This document shows positions 29,047-38,481 of a DNA stretch of 46,677 bases, in pieces. The translations under genes and the position numbers were made by a program. The notes below the pieces were generated by a model. The model worked only from the letters and a program-made list of their open reading frames with translations, did no database searches and was not told where the DNA came from. The stretch lies in assembly GCA_029550985.1 (NCBI GenBank), contig JAKPGH010000268.1, forward strand, positions 1 to 46,677, given 5' to 3'. Position 1 is the stretch's first letter, and the number at the start of each line of letters is the position of its first letter. The DNA comes from Bacillota bacterium. Lineage in GTDB: Bacteria; Bacillota; Clostridia; Oscillospirales; Ruminococcaceae.

Positions 29047-29280
29047 CTATGCCTCCACCAGAATTTGGGCGGAATCTTCGCCCCGCAAAGCAATTAAGGC
29101 GCCGCGAATTTCGTAGGCCACTGGGTCGCCGGAAGGGCTGGCGTAGATGCTTTTAACCAAAGTCCCGTCCACAAGGCCCAAATCCAAGAGCCGCCGGCGC
29201 ATTCTACCTTGGGATAACAGCCCGCTGACACGAGCCTGAGAACCGATGGGCAGTTGATTGAGGGTGAGCGTGCGATTCAT
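29047..29280 (-). CDS. feoA: Ferrous iron transport protein A
   Basis: RRRLLDLGL, SPSGDP, IRGALIALR. Confidence 0.92.
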   Translation of the reverse strand: MNRTLTLNQLPIGSQARVSGLLSQGRMRRRLLDLGLVDGTLVKSIYASPSGDPVAYEIRGALIALRGEDSAQILVEA

Positions 29281-29392
29281 ATTTTCCTGGTCCTTTCTTG
29301 TTGGGATTGGGAAAGAGAGTTTCCATATCCCAACTTATGCAGGATATCTTGGGTGGGTTCCGAATAAAAATGTAGAAATGGGGGTGGAATCG

Positions 29393-29830
29393 ATGAAAGA
29401 CGATACCATGCGCACTGTCAAGGGATATCAGATGAAAAGCACCAACCGCCTGACGCAGTCGTTAGAGGATTACCTGGAGATGGTGTACCGTCTGGATCGG
29501 GGCGTGGGCTTTGCCCGGTTGGGAGAGGTTGCCCAGCGGCTGGGGGTGGGGGCTTCCTCCGCCAGCAAAATGGTGCAGAAGCTGGGCGCGCTGGGCTTTG
29601 TGCACTACGAGCGCTACGGGGTGATCCGTCTGACCGCCGCGGGAAGGGAAGCGGGCGCCTATCTCATTCGCCGCCACGAGGTGGTGCGGCGTTTTTTTCA
29701 ACTGCTGCATCCCGGTGGAGACACCCTGCAGGAGACGGAGCTGGTGGAACACTGCCTGACTCCCGCCACCGTGGAGCGGCTGGAAAAACTGGTGCAGGTT
29801 CTGGAGAACAACCCCAAACTGCTCCGGTAG
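29393..29830 (+). CDS. DtxR/MntR-family metal-dependent regulator
   Basis: SLEDYLEMVY, HTH, LT..G, RRHE, ELVEH; divergent from feoAB. Confidence 0.9.
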   Translation: MKDDTMRTVKGYQMKSTNRLTQSLEDYLEMVYRLDRGVGFARLGEVAQRLGVGASSASKMVQKLGALGFVHYERYGVIRLTAAGREAGAYLIRRHEVVRRFFQLLHPGGDTLQETELVEHCLTPATVERLEKLVQVLENNPKLLR

Positions 29831-29871
29831 GTTAAAAATAAAAATTGAGGGGTCTTGTCCGAAAAAAATCG

Positions 29872-29900
29872 GTCTAAAGTTGGACAAAGGGTCATATCCT
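29872..29900 (+). promoter_or_regulatory. Sigma-E promoter of the spoIIIA operon
   Basis: GTCTAAA-14 nt-CATATCCT; spoIIIA is sigma-E dependent in characterised spore formers. Confidence 0.7.
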
Positions 29901-29928
29901 GATACAAATAGCAAATGAGGTGAACGGC

Positions 29929-30975
29929 ATGGATGTACAAAGCGGTGTGTTTCGGTTTGAACAGGCAATCTCCGGCTTTCCCCAACGGATTCGCGATGTG
30001 CTGCGGGCGCTGCCCGATTCGATCAAGAACAACGCCAGCGAGGTGCGGCTGCGGGTGGACCAGCCGTTGATGATCACCTGCCCGGGGCAAAACTGGTTTG
30101 TGGACGCCTCCTCCCGGCTGAGCAACATGCCGAGAGGCTGTCTGTGCGTCACCCCGCAGGATATTGCCGATGCGGTGGTTGCCATGTGCGCCTACTCGGT
30201 ACATAGCCATGAAAATGAAATGAAAAACGGTTTTATTTCCCTCAAGGGTGGACACCGCGCCGGCATCTGCGGCACGGCGGTAATCAACGACGGGAAAATC
30301 ACCGCCTTGCGGGATATCACCAGCATCAACCTTCGCATTGCGAGGGATATCCCCGGAGCCGCCGACGAGGTGCTGAACCGCGCCTTTCAAAATCCCTGGA
30401 GCGGCGTGCTGATTGCGGGGCCGCCCGCCAGCGGAAAGACCACCATTCTGCGGGATTTGGCCCGGCAGCTTTCCAGCGGGAAGACGGGGCGGTACCTTCG
30501 GGTGGCGGTCATCGACGAGCGGGGCGAGCTGGGAGCGGTGTTCGAAGGCATTCCCCAAAACGATTTGGGGCCCTGCTGCGATATCTTAAGCGGCTACCCC
30601 AAAGGGGAGGGGATTCTGATGGCGGTTCGCACCCTTTCCCCACAGGTTGTCATCTGCGACGAAATCGGCAGCAGCGAGGAGGTCAACTCCATGCTGGACG
30701 GCTTGCACAGCGGCGTGCGGATGGTGGTATCGGCCCATGCGGGAAGTCTGGATGAGCTGCTGGGCAAACGGCAGATTACCCGCCTGCTGCTGGAAGGAGC
30801 CTTTTCCCGGATTGTGATGTTGGGAGGAACCGACCAACCCGGCCGGGTGGAGGAAATGGTTCGCGTGGAGGATTTGCGCTATGAAAATGGCCGGTTTGTT
30901 GCTCATCGCCCTATCCTGTTCCATGACGGGAATTTACATGGCCTCGAAGTTGTGGGACCGGGTTCGCAGACTTGA
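29929..30975 (+). CDS. spoIIIAA: Stage III sporulation ATPase AA
   Basis: EVRLR, GGHRAGICG, INLRIAR, GPPASGKTT, IDERGE, DEIG; GAGGTG RBS. Confidence 0.95.
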   Translation: MDVQSGVFRFEQAISGFPQRIRDVLRALPDSIKNNASEVRLRVDQPLMITCPGQNWFVDASSRLSNMPRGCLCVTPQDIADAVVAMCAYSVHSHENEMKNGFISLKGGHRAGICGTAVINDGKITALRDITSINLRIARDIPGAADEVLNRAFQNPWSGVLIAGPPASGKTTILRDLARQLSSGKTGRYLRVAVIDERGELGAVFEGIPQNDLGPCCDILSGYPKGEGILMAVRTLSPQVVICDEIGSSEEVNSMLDGLHSGVRMVVSAHAGSLDELLGKRQITRLLLEGAFSRIVMLGGTDQPGRVEEMVRVEDLRYENGRFVAHRPILFHDGNLHGLEVVGPGSQT

Positions 30976-31383
30976 GGAATGCGACGCCCTGTTGGGGAGA
31001 TGATTCACCGGATGCGGTATCTCACCCCCACCACGGGGGCGTTGATTGGCTCTCTTTGCGGACAGGAGCGGTTTGGTCAGCTGACCTTTCTTCACCGCTG
31101 CAGGGCGCTGCTTCTGGAAGGCGACACCGTGGAACAGGCTTGGCGCACGGCCTTAAAGGAAGAAGAAAAAACGTTGGGCCGGGAAGGGTACGAGCTGCTG
31201 GCGGGGCTGGCCGATGTTCTGGGCCGCACCGATTTGGAAAGTCAGTTGGATGCCCTAGCGGGCGTGCGGAATTTGCTGGCGGACCGGTGCGCCGGCCTGC
31301 GGGAGCAGGCGGAGAAAAAAAGCGGCCTTTACCGAACCATGGGAGTGCTTTGCGGAGCGGCTCTCGTTATCCTGCTGATCTAA
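30881..31383 (+). pseudogene. spoIIIAB: Stage III sporulation protein AB, frameshifted at a G4 run (30994-30997)
   Basis: ATG 30881 with GGAGGA RBS gives MKMAGLLLIALSCSMTGIYMASKLWDRVRRLEECDALLGR*; the rest (EMIHRMRY...LGRTDLESQ...LYRTMGVLCGAALVILLI) is in another frame; one extra G gives 167 aa. Confidence 0.85.
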
Positions 31384-31427
31384 AGCGGCTTGGAAGTGAA
31401 ATTAAGGTATCGGAAGGGGATGGGCAG

Positions 31428-31625
31428 ATGGAAATCGATTTAATCTTTCGCATTGCGGCCATTGGAATTATTGTAGCGGTGCTGGACCAGGTGCTCCGCC
31501 GGGCCGACCGCCCGGAAATCGCCACCATGACCACCTTGGCGGGGGTCATTGCGGTGCTGCTGATGATGATAGCCGAAATCAACCACCTGTTTGAAACGGT
31601 CAAAAGCGTGTTTGGACTGTATTAG
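31428..31625 (+). CDS. spoIIIAC: Stage III sporulation protein AC
   Basis: MEIDLIFRIAAIGIIVAVL..LFETVKSVF; operon position. Confidence 0.93.
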   Translation: MEIDLIFRIAAIGIIVAVLDQVLRRADRPEIATMTTLAGVIAVLLMMIAEINHLFETVKSVFGLY

Positions 31626-31677
31626 CGGGCTGATTGCGACTGTGGTCCTGAATATTTTTCCTTAGGACGTGAAACCG

Positions 31678-32073
31678 ATGGAAGTATCTCAACTGTTTAC
31701 CCTTGTGGGTCTGGGCCTTGTGGCCATGATTATGGCGGTGACCTTGCGCCAGTACCGGCCGGAATTTGCCCTGCTGGTCTCCCTGGCCTCCGGCGTTGTC
31801 ATTTTGATTGGAGTGGTGCGGGGGATTCTGCCGGTGGTGGAACAGGTTCAAACCATCTTCCAGTCCACCCAGATGCCCGCAGCCTATTTGCAGGTGCTGT
31901 TTAAGGCCCTGGGCATCTGCTTTCTCACCCAAATTGCCTGCGACGCCTGCCGGGATGCGGGGGAAGGCGCCATCGGCGCCAAAGTGGAGCTGGCGGGCAA
32001 GGTGGCGGTGTTGGTGATCAGCCTGCCCCTCTTTGTGCAGGTGCTGACCATTGTGCGAGGGCTGCTGGCATGA
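31678..32073 (+). CDS. spoIIIAD: Stage III sporulation protein AD
   Basis: RPEFALLVSL, KALGI, CRDAGE, KVELAGK. Confidence 0.93.
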   Translation: MEVSQLFTLVGLGLVAMIMAVTLRQYRPEFALLVSLASGVVILIGVVRGILPVVEQVQTIFQSTQMPAAYLQVLFKALGICFLTQIACDACRDAGEGAIGAKVELAGKVAVLVISLPLFVQVLTIVRGLLA

Positions 32074-33218
32074 GAAGGCTGATGGTAGCGCTGATGCTTC
32101 TTCTGCTCTTGTTTCCCATGCCGGTTCGGGCGGAAGATTCGGAGCTGAACCTGGAAGAGCAGATGGAGGAGCAGCTGGACGCGTTGGGGGCAGACGAGCT
32201 CCTTCGCCATGTGCCGGAGGAAGCCCGGGAATACCTGCAGGAAGCGGATTTGTTCGACATTGACCTGAAAAAATTAATGGAGCTGACCCCGGGCAAGTTC
32301 TTTCCGGCGTTGGGGCGGATGTTCTGGAACACGGTAAAAAGGCCGTCTAGGACGCTGGCCGCCATGCTGGCGGTCATTCTTCTCTGCGCCCTGCTGGAAT
32401 CCATGCGGGATACGGTGAGCGAGCCGGCTCTTTCGGGCGCCTTTCAAACGGTGAGCGTCCTGTGTATTCTGACGGCGGTGGCCACCCCCATTCTGGACTG
32501 CATTGTCCGCACCACCAACACCATCCAACAGGCGGCCTTTTTTATGCTCAGCTTTATTCCCATGTTTTCGGCTGCCATGATAAGCGCCGGCCAGCCGGCC
32601 ACGGGAGCCGCCTACAACCTGTTTTTGCTCACGGCCTGTCAGGTGGTGTCCCAGGTGGTGGCTCAAACCTTTATTCCCATGATGGCCGTCTACCTGGCCT
32701 TTTGCATCTGCGGGTCCTTTGTGCCCGAATTGAATGTGGCTTCCGTCGCCTCCGGCATTCGGAGCATGGTCAGCTGGGCGATGGGGCTGCTGCTGACCAT
32801 ATTTGTCGCCCTCCTCTCCATTCAGAGCATGCTCTCTCACGGAGCGGACGGCGTGGGGGTCAAAGCCGCCAAATTCCTCATCAACAGTTTGGTGCCGGCG
32901 GTGGGCAGCATCCTTTCCGACGCCTATATGGCGGCCCAGGGGGCCCTGCGCCTGGTAAAAACCACGGTGGGAGCCTACGGCATTGTGGTGGCCTTGTTCA
33001 CTTTTTTGCCCACCTTTTTGTATGTGGCGGTGTGGTACCTCATCACCCGGGTGGTCGCCCTGGCGGGGGATGTTGTGGGAGCCGAGCGGGTGTCCGGCAT
33101 CCTCAAAGCCTGCTCCAACGTGTTGGGGCTGCTGATTGCCGCCATCTTTTGCTTTGCGCTGCTCATCATTATCTCCACCAGCGTGGTGATGATTGCCGGG
33201 CTGGGGGGCACAGGATAA
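32070..33218 (+). CDS. spoIIIAE: Stage III sporulation protein AE
   Basis: Polytopic membrane protein, AAKF..VPAVG..LSDA, VKTTVG; operon position. Confidence 0.9.
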   Translation: MRRLMVALMLLLLLFPMPVRAEDSELNLEEQMEEQLDALGADELLRHVPEEAREYLQEADLFDIDLKKLMELTPGKFFPALGRMFWNTVKRPSRTLAAMLAVILLCALLESMRDTVSEPALSGAFQTVSVLCILTAVATPILDCIVRTTNTIQQAAFFMLSFIPMFSAAMISAGQPATGAAYNLFLLTACQVVSQVVAQTFIPMMAVYLAFCICGSFVPELNVASVASGIRSMVSWAMGLLLTIFVALLSIQSMLSHGADGVGVKAAKFLINSLVPAVGSILSDAYMAAQGALRLVKTTVGAYGIVVALFTFLPTFLYVAVWYLITRVVALAGDVVGAERVSGILKACSNVLGLLIAAIFCFALLIIISTSVVMIAGLGGTG

Positions 33219-33239
33219 TCGGTCGGGAGGGGGAAAAAT

Positions 33240-33719
33240 ATGTCTGCGGTTAAGGAATGGGCCTTTTCCCTCTGCGCCGCCATGGTGGCGGCGGGGCTTT
33301 TGCGGATGCTGCTGCCCAAAAGCAACCTGGAAAAGATCCTGCGGATGGTGCTGAGCGTCTTTTTTCTCTGTTGCCTGCTGTCTCCCGCCGTGCTGAAATT
33401 TCCATCCCTTCTGGTGGAAATGGAAATGGAAAGCCGGGAGGAGCTGGCGGCCCGCAGCGAAAAAGTCATGGAGCTTACCCGGCGCCAGAGCTTGGAACTG
33501 GCGAGGGAAAGTCTGAAAAAGCTGGTGGAAGAGAAATTAGCGCAAAGGGGAATAATCGTCCATGCTGTTACCATAAACATGGTAACACAAGGACAAAATG
33601 ACATGACGCTGGAGTCGGTGGAACTGGTGCTGGACGCTGCCGAGCAGCAGGGGCACGACGGCCTGGCTTCGGAGCTGGGCAGGGAACTGGGAGCGGAAGT
33701 CATCATCCGCTACCAGTAA
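33240..33719 (+). CDS. spoIIIAF: Stage III sporulation protein AF
   Basis: Two N-terminal TM segments (LLP...K), operon position. Confidence 0.85.
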   Translation: MSAVKEWAFSLCAAMVAAGLLRMLLPKSNLEKILRMVLSVFFLCCLLSPAVLKFPSLLVEMEMESREELAARSEKVMELTRRQSLELARESLKKLVEEKLAQRGIIVHAVTINMVTQGQNDMTLESVELVLDAAEQQGHDGLASELGRELGAEVIIRYQ

Positions 33720-33740
33720 ATGCAGGGAAGGAGAAGCCGC

Positions 33741-34325
33741 ATGGATAGGTCAAAATGGGTTCAGGCATGGAAGGATTTCTTTTCCAAGGATATTCGACTG
33801 AAAATTATTGTGCTGCTGGGCCTTATCGGCATGCTGATGATTTTGATTTCCCAATTTCTCAGCCGGGGTGCGGCGGCACCTCAAAAACCTCCCAACGAGG
33901 CGACGGCCTCTTTTACGTCGGAGGAATATATCGCGTCTCTGGAGAGTAAGCTCCAGAAGCTGGTGTCCGGCATTGACGGGGTGGGCCGGGCGGAAGTGAT
34001 GATTACTCTGGAAAGCGGTGTGGAATACGTCTATGCCCAAGAACAGAAGCGCAACACAGACACCACCAGAGAGCCGGGCGAAGACGACGCCATTCTGGTC
34101 AATCAAAAGGAGAACGTGGAGCAAACCTACATCCTGGTGGAAACGGAGTACGGCAAGCGCGAGGCTCTGGTTCTCACCCAGAAACAGCCAAAGATTCAAG
34201 GGGTTGTGGTGGTCTGCGAGGGCGCCGACGACATTCGGGTGCAGGAAAAGGTTACTTCTGTTGTAACAACCGCCCTGGGCATTCCATCCAACAGGGTTTG
34301 CGTTGTAAAGATAAGTCAACAATAA
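33741..34325 (+). CDS. spoIIIAG: Stage III sporulation protein AG
   Basis: LE..L..I.GVG...VMITLE, PKIQGVVVVCEGA, ALGIPSNRVCV. Confidence 0.93.
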   Translation: MDRSKWVQAWKDFFSKDIRLKIIVLLGLIGMLMILISQFLSRGAAAPQKPPNEATASFTSEEYIASLESKLQKLVSGIDGVGRAEVMITLESGVEYVYAQEQKRNTDTTREPGEDDAILVNQKENVEQTYILVETEYGKREALVLTQKQPKIQGVVVVCEGADDIRVQEKVTSVVTTALGIPSNRVCVVKISQQ

Positions 34326-34358
34326 CTGCATATTACATAGCGAGCGGGAGGAAGCGCA

Positions 34359-34907
34359 ATGAACATGATCATTGGCAAGCGGCAAATTATTCTGGCGGCC
34401 CTGGTGTTGGGGCTGGGTATTGCAGTCTATCTTAACTGGCAGTATTCTCAGGTGGCGGTGGAACTTCCCATCACCGACGCCATCGAACAGGGCACCACCA
34501 ATTACGGCGAAGCCCAGTATGTGGATTCCCCTCAGGGAGATGTGGAGGATACCGACGGCGAGACCTTTTTTGTGGAAGCCAAACTGAGCCGCCAGAAAGC
34601 GCGGGATGAGGCCGCGGAAACTCTGGCCGCCATGCTGGCCGACGCCAATCTGGACAGCGAGCAGAAGGCGGAACTGGCCATGCGGGCCGCCGATTTGGCC
34701 GAATCCATTGAAAAGGAAGGAAAAATCGAAAACCTGATCAAGGCAAAAGGCTTTACAGATGTAATGGTCTACTACGACACCCAGCGGGCCGACGTGATTA
34801 TCAAGACCAGCGGACTGTTGGCCAATGAAGTGGCTCAAATCAAAGACATTATTCTCAAGGAAACCCAAATCGCCCCGGAGAACATCTCCATTGTGGAAAT
34901 TAATTGA
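34359..34907 (+). CDS. spoIIIAH: Stage III sporulation protein AH
   Basis: AVYLNW, FFVEAKLSR..RDE, IENLIKAKGF. Confidence 0.93.
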   Translation: MNMIIGKRQIILAALVLGLGIAVYLNWQYSQVAVELPITDAIEQGTTNYGEAQYVDSPQGDVEDTDGETFFVEAKLSRQKARDEAAETLAAMLADANLDSEQKAELAMRAADLAESIEKEGKIENLIKAKGFTDVMVYYDTQRADVIIKTSGLLANEVAQIKDIILKETQIAPENISIVEIN

Positions 34908-34970
34908 TTTTGGCGAAGGACAGCCATTATTTTCATATCTGCCAGTTGTTTGTCTTTAAAATTGTGGTAT

Positions 34971-35007
34971 AATATATACAGCGTCCCTAGGCGCTGTATA
35001 TATTTTT
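34971..35007 (+). terminator. spoIIIA operon terminator, abutting an extended -10 (TGGTATAAT, 34965-34973)
   Basis: AATATATACAGCG-TCCCTAGG-CGCTGTATATATT-TTT. Confidence 0.65.
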
Positions 35008-35119
35008 GCATTTTGTTCCGCCAACAGTGGAAAATATGCAGGAGCATCGTTCACCGGTTTTCGGTGAACTTTATCACCATATCATCCCGGCTGCGGCCGG
35101 TTGGCCTAGGAGGTTTTCG

Positions 35120-35497
35120 ATGGAGCGTTTCAAGGAAAAGCAGCCTACCGGCAGTCTTCAAATTTCACAGGATGTCATTGCCACCATTGCCAGCGTGGCA
35201 GCCTTGGAAGTCGAGGGAGTGGCGGCTCTGGCTCAGCATTCCCCGGGATTTCGCCACAACCCCTTTCTGAAGGGGCGTCCCAAGACGGTGGATGTGGTGT
35301 TGGCCGACGATTTCGCCGAGATCAACATTGGCTTGGCATTGAAATTCGGCGCAAAAATCAACGATGTTTGCACCGCCGTGCAGACTGCGGTCAAGGATAA
35401 TGTTCAGACCATGACGGGAATGGCGGTATCCAAGGTCAACGTCTATGTGGCCAAAATCGTCTTTCCACAGGACGAGGAAGCAAACCAGGAAAATTAG
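35120..35497 (+). CDS. Asp23/Gls24 family protein (YqhY-like)
   Basis: ISQDVIATIA..AALEVEGV, VQTAVK..VQTMTG..V.KVNV; AGGAGG RBS; precedes nusB. Confidence 0.9.
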   Translation: MERFKEKQPTGSLQISQDVIATIASVAALEVEGVAALAQHSPGFRHNPFLKGRPKTVDVVLADDFAEINIGLALKFGAKINDVCTAVQTAVKDNVQTMTGMAVSKVNVYVAKIVFPQDEEANQEN

Positions 35498-35523
35498 AAC
35501 CTTGAAAATTGAACGCAATCCAA

Positions 35524-35562
35524 AAGAAGCCTCCATGGCCCAGCTTTTGGAGGCTTCTTCTT
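35524..35562 (+). terminator. Terminator-like hairpin
   Basis: AAGAAGCCTCCA...TGGAGGCTTCTT. Confidence 0.6.
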
Positions 35563-35595
35563 GTTGGTAGAATTCTAAATTCAGAGGGCATAAAG

Positions 35596-36057
35596 ATGAA
35601 ACAAAGCAGTCGCAGGCAAGCGCGGGAAACAGCGTTCTGTCTGATTTTTGAATGGTCTTTTCACAAACAGGATTTGGAGTCCATGCTCAAGAACGCCATG
35701 GACGGCCGGGGATTGGAACCTGACCCCTTCGCCCGGGAACTGGTGGAAAAGACGATTAACGAAGTTGATAAGTGGGATGCGCTCATCGAGCAGTACTCGG
35801 AAACCTGGAGGGTTTCCCGCCTGTCCAGGGTGACGTTGGCGGTGCTTCGCTTGGGGCTTTGCGAAATCACCCGGATGGAGGATATCCCGCTGGGAGCCAC
35901 CATCAACGAGGCGGTGGAGCTGTGCAAAAAATTTGCCACCGAGGAGGAAGCCGCCTACGTCAACGGCATTTTGGGCCGGTACGGGCGGGATTTGGGAGCC
36001 GATGAGAAAAAGCAGGACACTGCCTCCCGGCCGATGACTTCTTTGGAGCAAGAATGA
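35596..36057 (+). CDS. nusB: Transcription antitermination factor NusB
   Basis: RRQARE, W..SRL, LRL, INEAVEL.K.F, YVNGILG. Confidence 0.93.
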   Translation: MKQSSRRQARETAFCLIFEWSFHKQDLESMLKNAMDGRGLEPDPFARELVEKTINEVDKWDALIEQYSETWRVSRLSRVTLAVLRLGLCEITRMEDIPLGATINEAVELCKKFATEEEAAYVNGILGRYGRDLGADEKKQDTASRPMTSLEQE

Positions 36058-37001
36058 TGTGGTTTCTTGGAATTGACACCAGCAACTACACCACCTCTGC
36101 CGCTTTGTACGACGGCGAAACCCTATTGCAGGAAAAGCTGCCCCTTCCGGTGAAGGAAGGGGAACTGGGCCTGCGCCAGAGTGACGCCGTATTTTTGCAT
36201 GTCAAGCAACTTCCTATTGTGCTGGAAACCCTGCTGCCCAAAGCCGCCGGTAAAATTGCGGGGGTCGGGGTGTCCATCCGCCCCCGGGATGTGGAGGGTT
36301 CCTACATGCCCTGCTTTTTGTCTGGGGAAATGGCGGCCCGTTCCGTCGCGGCCGCGTTGGGAATCCCCTGCCGATTCTTTTCCCATCAGGCGGGGCATAT
36401 TGCCGCCGTTTTGCTGGGTTCCAACAGCTTGGAGCTGATGGAGCGGCCCTTTCTGGCCTTTCACCTTTCGGGGGGAACCACCGAGTGCCTCCTGGTGCGC
36501 CCCGGCGCCGAGGGGCCTTTTGACGTTTCGCTGCTGGCCCGCACTTTGGATATTTCCGCCGGGCAAGTCATTGACCGGGTGGGCAAAATGCTGGGGCTTG
36601 CCTTCCCCGCGGGGCCTGCTTTGGAGCAGTTGGCTGCCCAGGCGGAGGGAAGTGTTCGTCCCAAGACGGTGTTAAAAGAGGCAAACTGCTGCTTTTCGGG
36701 ACTGGAAAACCAGTGCCGCACCCTGCTGGAACAAGGCGAAACGCCTGCCCGCATAGCCCGCTTCTGTCAGGACAGCGTGGGGAATACGGTGCTGCGGATG
36801 GCGCAAAAAGTGCAGGAGCTTCACCCCGGCCTTCCCTTTGTGTTTGGCGGCGGGGTGATGTCCAATCTCGCCATTCGCAAGCTCCTGCAGAACCACCTGC
36901 CCGATGTCCGCTTCGCGCCCCCCGCCCTTAGCGCCGACAACGCCGCCGGAATAGCAGCGCTGACTTTGCTTGCCTATCAGAGGGGGATGGCGCCGTGTTG
37001 A
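36054..37001 (+). CDS. TsaD/Kae1-like (peptidase M22 family) paralogue
   Basis: LGIDTSNYTTS, SHQAGH, HLSGGTTE, DISAGQ..DRVG, GGVMSN, DNA. Confidence 0.85.
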   Translation: MMWFLGIDTSNYTTSAALYDGETLLQEKLPLPVKEGELGLRQSDAVFLHVKQLPIVLETLLPKAAGKIAGVGVSIRPRDVEGSYMPCFLSGEMAARSVAAALGIPCRFFSHQAGHIAAVLLGSNSLELMERPFLAFHLSGGTTECLLVRPGAEGPFDVSLLARTLDISAGQVIDRVGKMLGLAFPAGPALEQLAAQAEGSVRPKTVLKEANCCFSGLENQCRTLLEQGETPARIARFCQDSVGNTVLRMAQKVQELHPGLPFVFGGGVMSNLAIRKLLQNHLPDVRFAPPALSADNAAGIAALTLLAYQRGMAPC

Positions 37002-38200
37002 CCATTACCGTCAGCCAGCTCAACCGCTACGTCAAAGCGGTGCTGGAGGAGGACCCCCGCCTGCGGGAGGTCTACGTCAGGGGGGAAATTGCGGGACTTG
37101 TCCGCCATAGAACTTCCGGTCATTACTACTTTAAGCTGGCCGACGAGGGGGGCAGCGTCAAGGCGGTGATGTTTAGCCGCTACGCCCAAGTCTTGGAGTT
37201 CGAGCCCGCCGACGGCATGGCGGTGCTGGCCCGGGCTTCGGTGGGGGTCTACGAGCGGGAAGGTGCCTATCAGCTCTACGTCACCGAGATGCTGCCCGAC
37301 GGAGCGGGCGCTTTGGCGGTGGCTCTGGCCCAGCGCAAAGAGCGCCTGGCGGCTTTAGGGGTCTTCGACCCGGCCAACAAAAAGCCCCTGCCCCCATTTC
37401 CCCGGAAAATCGGGGTGGTTACCTCCAAGTCGGGGGCGGCTTTGCACGATATTCGCACCGTCATCGAGCGGCGCTGGCCCCTCTGCACCTTGGTGCTCTG
37501 TTCGGCTCAGGTGCAGGGAAAGGATGCGCCAGCTTCTCTCAAAAGAGCTTTGGAAACGCTGGACAAGGCGGGCTGCGACGTCCTGTTGCTGGCTCGCGGA
37601 GGAGGCTCCGCCGAAGAACTGTGGTGCTTCAACGACGAGGAGCTGGTGCTGGCGGTTCACCGCTGCCGCACCCCGGTGATTTCGGCGGTGGGCCACGAAA
37701 TCGATTATACCCTTTGCGACTATGCCGCCGACGCAAGAGCCCCCACTCCTTCCGCCGCCGCCGAGATGGCGGTGCCGGACCGGCAGGAGATGTTTCGCCG
37801 CGTCCGGGAACTGGAAGGTAAGCTGCAAAAGTCGGCGGAAAGCCAGATTGCCCTCCGCCGACAGATGGTGGCCCGCTTGGCCTCGCACCCGGCTCTCCGC
37901 TCTCCCCGGGGGGTGGTGGAGCGATACAAAGAAAAGGTAGATATTTGTCACAAAGCATTATATAATAGTAAACGAATCTTCATTCAGAGGCTGGAACACC
38001 AGCTGGCGAAAGAGGCGGGGCTGCTGGATTCTCTCAGTCCCCTGCGGGTGCTGGACCGTGGCTACTGCATGGTCCTGCAAAAAGATGTCCCTGTTACCCG
38101 TGCATCATCCTTGCAGGTTGGAGATGAAGTGGAGCTGCGTTTTTCGGACGGAAGCGCAAAGGCCGCGGTGACCCAGGCGGCCGGGGAGGTAAGCGGATGA
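36995..38200 (+). CDS. xseA: Exodeoxyribonuclease VII large subunit
   Basis: TVSQLN, GEI, SGHYYF, ARGGGS.EEL, SAVGHE.D, APTPSAAAE. Confidence 0.96.
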   Translation: MLTITVSQLNRYVKAVLEEDPRLREVYVRGEIAGLVRHRTSGHYYFKLADEGGSVKAVMFSRYAQVLEFEPADGMAVLARASVGVYEREGAYQLYVTEMLPDGAGALAVALAQRKERLAALGVFDPANKKPLPPFPRKIGVVTSKSGAALHDIRTVIERRWPLCTLVLCSAQVQGKDAPASLKRALETLDKAGCDVLLLARGGGSAEELWCFNDEELVLAVHRCRTPVISAVGHEIDYTLCDYAADARAPTPSAAAEMAVPDRQEMFRRVRELEGKLQKSAESQIALRRQMVARLASHPALRSPRGVVERYKEKVDICHKALYNSKRIFIQRLEHQLAKEAGLLDSLSPLRVLDRGYCMVLQKDVPVTRASSLQVGDEVELRFSDGSAKAAVTQAAGEVSG

Positions 38201-38427
38201 GCAAACAAGACAAAAACAATCTGACTTTTGAACAGGCTATGTCCCGGCTGGAAGCCATTGTGGCGGAGCTGGACGGGGGCAGCCTTCCCCTGGACGCTTC
38301 CCTTGCCCTGTTTTCCGAAGGGGCGGAGCTGGTTCGCTTCTGCAATCAGTCGCTGGAAAAGGCAAAACTGAAGTTGGATGAGCTGTTTCCCGACACAGCC
38401 CGCATGGATTCCTCTCTGGACGAGTGA
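38197..38427 (+). CDS. xseB: Exodeoxyribonuclease VII small subunit
   Basis: TFEQAMSRLEAIV..L....L.L..S...F.EG. Confidence 0.95.
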   Translation: MSKQDKNNLTFEQAMSRLEAIVAELDGGSLPLDASLALFSEGAELVRFCNQSLEKAKLKLDELFPDTARMDSSLDE

Positions 38428-38481
38428 AGTGAAATGATGTGCGGCGGGCTCAAAGGCCCCGTCGTTTTGGATTGGTGAAGC

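Noticed and set aside
30972-31427. 217-aa ORF as an extended SpoIIIAC
   Set aside because: Only the last 65 aa (from ATG 31428) resemble SpoIIIAC; the rest overlaps spoIIIAB
36054-37001. Calling this gene tsaD
   Set aside because: Its motifs (DTSNYTTS, HLSGGTTE) differ from canonical TsaD (ETSCDET, VSGGHT); more likely a paralogue, so no symbol given
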